From Mobula hypostoma (taxonomy: Eukaryota): a stretch of 64,000 nucleotides of DNA. The stretch lies in contig NC_086102.1 in the NCBI RefSeq assembly GCF_963921235.1, positions 141,918,001-141,982,000 of the forward strand, given 5' to 3'. The position numbers and the translations under genes were made by a program. The number at the start of each line of letters is the position of its first letter. Within the stretch, counting starts at the first letter, position 1. The notes under the pieces are model-generated. The model worked only from the letters and a program-made list of their open reading frames with translations. It was not told the DNA's origin and did not search any database. This document shows positions 59,953-64,000 of the stretch, piece by piece.

Positions 59953-62180
59953 AAGCAATAAATATAGAGAACATGAGATGAAGAGTCCTTGAAATTGAGT
60001 CTATAGGTGGTGGGAACAGTACTGTGATGGGCTAGTGAAGTTAAGTGAAGTTATCCCCTCTGGTTCAAGAGCCTGATGCTTGCGGGGTAACAAGTGTTCT
60101 TAGATATGCTGGTGTAAGTCTTGAGGCTCCCATACCTTCTTCCTGGTGGCAAAGGTGAGAAGAGAGCATATCCTTGATGATGAGGGTTCCTGATGATGGA
60201 TGCTGCTTTGCTGCGACAACGCTCTGTGTAGATGTGCTGAATGGTGGGGAGGGCTTTACCCATAATGGACTGGGCCGTATCCATTACTTTTTGGAGTATT
60301 TTCCATCCAAAGGTATTGTGTTTTTCACTACCTGGCCATGATGCATCCAATCAATAGGCTCTCCACAACACATCTATAGAAGTTTGTCAAAGTTTTAGAT
60401 GTCATGCTGAACTTTCTCAAACCTCTAAAGTAGAGGAGCTGCCCTACTTTCTTTATTATTGCACGACATTGATCAGCCACCTGTATTCAGCCAGATGAGT
60501 CAAACATGATTTACCTTTAATAATCTCTGCTGGGCAGAGTGCAGGTCCTCTGAAATGATAACACAAAGGAATTTAAAGTTGCTGAGCCTCTCCATCTCTG
60601 ATCCCCCGATGAGGGCTGTCTCATGGCACTCCGGTTTCCTCCTCCTGAAGTCAGTAATCAGCTTCTTGGTCTTGCCTGTGGTGTATCTAGCTGATGGAGT
60701 TTAGGGAGGAGAATTTGTTGTCAATCCAAACTGACTGGGATCTGCAAGTGAGGAAGTTGAGGATCCAATTACACAAAGAGGCATTGAGACCAAAGCATTG
60801 AAGCTTACTGATTAGTTTTGAGGGGATGATGATATTGAATGCTGAGCTGTAGTCCATAAAGAGTATTCTGTTGTATGCACCTTTCCAGAATGGAGTGAAG
60901 AACCAGTGAAATGGAACCTGCTGTGGACCTCTTGTGCCAGTTGGCAAAATGGAGCAGATCCAGGTCACTTCTTGGGCAGGAGTGGAATCAGAATCAGAAT
61001 CAGATCAGGCTTGTTATCACCGATGTGTCATGAGATATGTTTACCTAGCAGCAGCAGTACAATGCAATACATGATAGTATAGAAAGAAAGAAATAAATCA
61101 GTAAATCAACTACAGTAAGTATATATTTATATGTATATTCAATAGTTAGATTACAAATAGTGCAAAACAGAATTAATATAAAAAATATTGAGGTAGTGTT
61201 CATAGGTTCAATGTCTATTTAGGAATTGTATGACAGAGGGGAAGAGGCTGTTCCTAACACACTGAGGGTGCGCCTCAGGCTTCTGTACCTTCTGCCTGAT
61301 GGTAACAATGAAAAGAGGGCACGTCCTGGGTGATTGTGGTCCTTAATAATGGACACCGTATTTCTGAGGCATCACTACTTAAAGATGTCTTGGATACGAT
61401 GGAGGTTAGCACTCAACATGGATCCGACTAATTTTGCAACTTTCTGCAGCTTCTTTTGCTCCTGTGTAGTAGCCCCCACCCACCCCACCCCCATACCAGA
61501 CAGTGATGCAGCCTGTCAGAATGCTCTCCACAGTATATCTATAGATATTTTTGAGTGTTTAAGGTCACACACCAAATCTCTTCCGACTCTTAAGGAAATA
61601 TATCTGCTGTCTTGCCTTCGTTATAGCTGCATCGATGTGTTGGGACCAGGTTAGAACCACAGAGATCTTGACAACCAGGAACATGAAACTACTCACTCTC
61701 TCCACTCCTGATCCCTCTGTGAGGATTGGTTCATGTTCCCTTGTCTTACGCTTCCTGAAGTCCACAATCAGCTCTTTCAACTTACTGAGGTTGAGTGCAA
61801 GGTTGTTGCTGTTACACCACTCAACTAGCTGGTATATCTCACTCCTGTATGCCCATTTTGATCTGGGATTCTACCAATAATGGCTGTGTCATCAGCAAAT
61901 TTCTAGATGGCTTTTGAGCTATACCTAGTCACACAATCATGGGTATAGAGGAAGTAGAGCAGTGGGCTAAGCACACACCGCTGAGGTGCACCTGTGTGGA
62001 TCATCAGTGATGAGGAGATATTATTATCAATCCAAACAGAATGTGGTCTTCTAGTTAAGAAGTTGCACATCCAATCGCAGAAGGAGGTGCAGAGGTCCAG
62101 TTTCTGCAACTTATCGATCAGGACTCTGGACCGATGGTGTTAAATGCTGAGATATAGTCAACAAACAACATCCTGGCATG
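59953..62180 (-). mobile_element. two nested or adjacent Rex1/Babar fragments (~59953-60985 unit fossil; ~60986-62180 younger copy with (gattct)n tail)
   Basis: [14 protein letters not shown]; TGAPQ.CVLSPLLY.LYTHDC; KELIVDFRK; aatcagaatcagaatcag at ~60986. Confidence 0.8.
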
Positions 62181-64000
62181 GCAGGAGTATGGGAACCAGA
62201 ATGATAGAGCTGAGGATGAGTCAACAGGTTTACAAGTAGATGATGGGTGTAACATGAATGTAAGGAAGGTCAAGCAAATGATTGGATACAAATGCAGACA
62301 GGGCAAAGAGTTAAATTGTACCACAGAGCCAAAATTCAAAAGGGCAAAGAATGCAGGACTGAAGGTGCTGTATTTAAATGCGCGTAGCATTTGGATAAGG
62401 TGAAAGAACTCATGGGGCAATTAGAGATTGTTGGCATGACATTGTGGCCATCATTGAGTTGTGGCTGAAAGAAGGCCATAGTTGGGGAGCCTAGCATCAA
62501 AGGATATACTTTATATTGAAAGGACAGGCAGGAAGGCATAGGCGGTGGTGTGGCTCTGTTTGAAAGAGATGGAATTATATCTTTAGGAAGAGGTGACATA
62601 GGGTCAGAGAATATTGTATCTTTGTGGGTGGAGTTAACAAATTGCAAGGGTAAAAAAAAAATTATGTGGTTCATATATAAGCCTCCAAGTAGTAGCCAAG
62701 ACGTGGGGTTGAGATTGCAAAGGGAACTGGAAAGGCATGTAATAAGGGTAATGACATAATTTTAATGGGGGACTTCAACATGCAAGGGGATTGGGAACAT
62801 GCAAGGTTGGTGTTGGATTGCAAGAGAGAGTGAATTTATTGAAAGCCTATGAGATGGCTTTTTAGAGCAGCTTGTGCTTGAGCCTACTTAGGGAAAGGTT
62901 ATTTTAGATTGGGTGTGTGTAATAACCCAGATCTTATTAGGGAACTGAATTGTAAAGGAACCTTTAGGAGGCAGTGAGCATAACATGATTGAATTCATAC
63001 TGCAATTTAAGAGGGAGAAGCGTAACTCACATGTATCAGTATCACAATGGAATAAAGGGAATTATAAAAGCATGAGAGCGGAGCTGGCCCAGGTGGATCA
63101 GAGGAGGATACTGGTGGGGATGATGGCAGAGCAGAGATGGCTGAAGTTTCTGAGAATAATTCACAAGCGCAGGATAGATATGTCCTACAGAGGAAGAAGT
63201 TTTCAAATGGCAGGGGAGGCAACCTTGGCTGACAAAGGAAGATAAGGACTGCATAAAAGCCAAGGAAAGGGCACATAAGGTAGCAAAAGTGAGTGGGAAG
63301 TTGGATGATTAGGAAGCTTTTAAAATACAACAAAAGACGACTAAAAAAGCTAAAAGAAGGGAAAAGCTGAAGTATGAGGGCAGACTAGCCAATAATATAA
63401 CGCAGAACACCAAAAGTTTTTTCAGTTATACAAAGAGTAAAAGGGAGGTAAGAGTTGATATTGAACCACTAGAAAATGATGCTATTGAGGTAGTAACGGA
63501 GGACAAAGAAATGGCAAATGAACTTAATGGGTACTTTGTATCTGTCTTCACTGTGGAAGACAACAACAGTGTGCCAGAGGTCCCTGAGTGTCAGGAAGCA
63601 GAAGTAAGTGCCATTGCTATTACAAAGGAAAAAGTGCTAGGCAAACTCAAAGGTCTTGAGGTGGATAAGTCACCTAGACCAAATGGACGACATCCCAGAG
63701 TCCTGAGAGAGGTGGCTGAAGAGAGAATGGATGCATTGGTCATGATCTTTCAAGAATCATTTGATTCTGGCATGGTCCCAGAGGACTGGAAGACTGCAAA
63801 TATCACTGCACTCTTTAGGAATGGGGGAAGCAAAAGAAAGGAAATTATAGGCCAGTTAGCCTAACCAGTGATTGGGAAAGTGTTGGAGTCTATTATTAAG
63901 GTACTTGGAGACTAATGATAAAATAAGTCAAAGTCAGCATGGTTTCTGTGAGGGAAAATCTTGCCTGACGAATCCGTTAAGATTTCTTCGAGGAAGTAAC
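62180..64000 (+). mobile_element. degraded CR1 ORF2 (APE and start of RT), runs off the window
   Basis: LKVLYLNARSI, GGGVAL, YKPP, MGDFN, ELNGYFVSVFTVED..DKSP.P.G.HPRVL.E..VPEDWK.AN. Confidence 0.85.

Overview
Eukaryotic (vertebrate) genomic DNA, most likely from a cartilaginous fish. That assignment is inferred from the crystallin sequence and the CR1/Rex1/R4/L1/Hero repeat landscape and was not verified. The window is part of a tandem gamma-crystallin gene cluster, all on the + strand. Four genes are intact, each with 3 exons (9 + 243 + 276 nt, 175 aa), with ATGs at 4716, 14550, 28787 and 51941. Two are complementary remnants: an orphan promoter plus exon 1 at ~36.6 kb, and an orphan frameshifted exon 3 at ~46.5 kb. 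Each gene sits in a duplicated ~8-10 kb unit carrying the same old retroelement fossils (CR1 3' piece, R4/Dong-like, antisense Rex1/Babar, CR1 fossil, promoter, gene). Younger copy-specific insertions are superimposed: a near full-length L1 with a 16-bp TSD, two long CR1s, a Hero dimer and three ~0.65-kb non-autonomous elements. All copies use a non-canonical GC-AG first intron. The most unusual object is a 1.78-kb element at 58159-59936 made of two inverted LTR-like arms and flanked by a 5-bp target-site duplication. Almost all other ORFs in the track are retroelement debris. Boundaries of degraded elements are approximate; identities were judged by eye.
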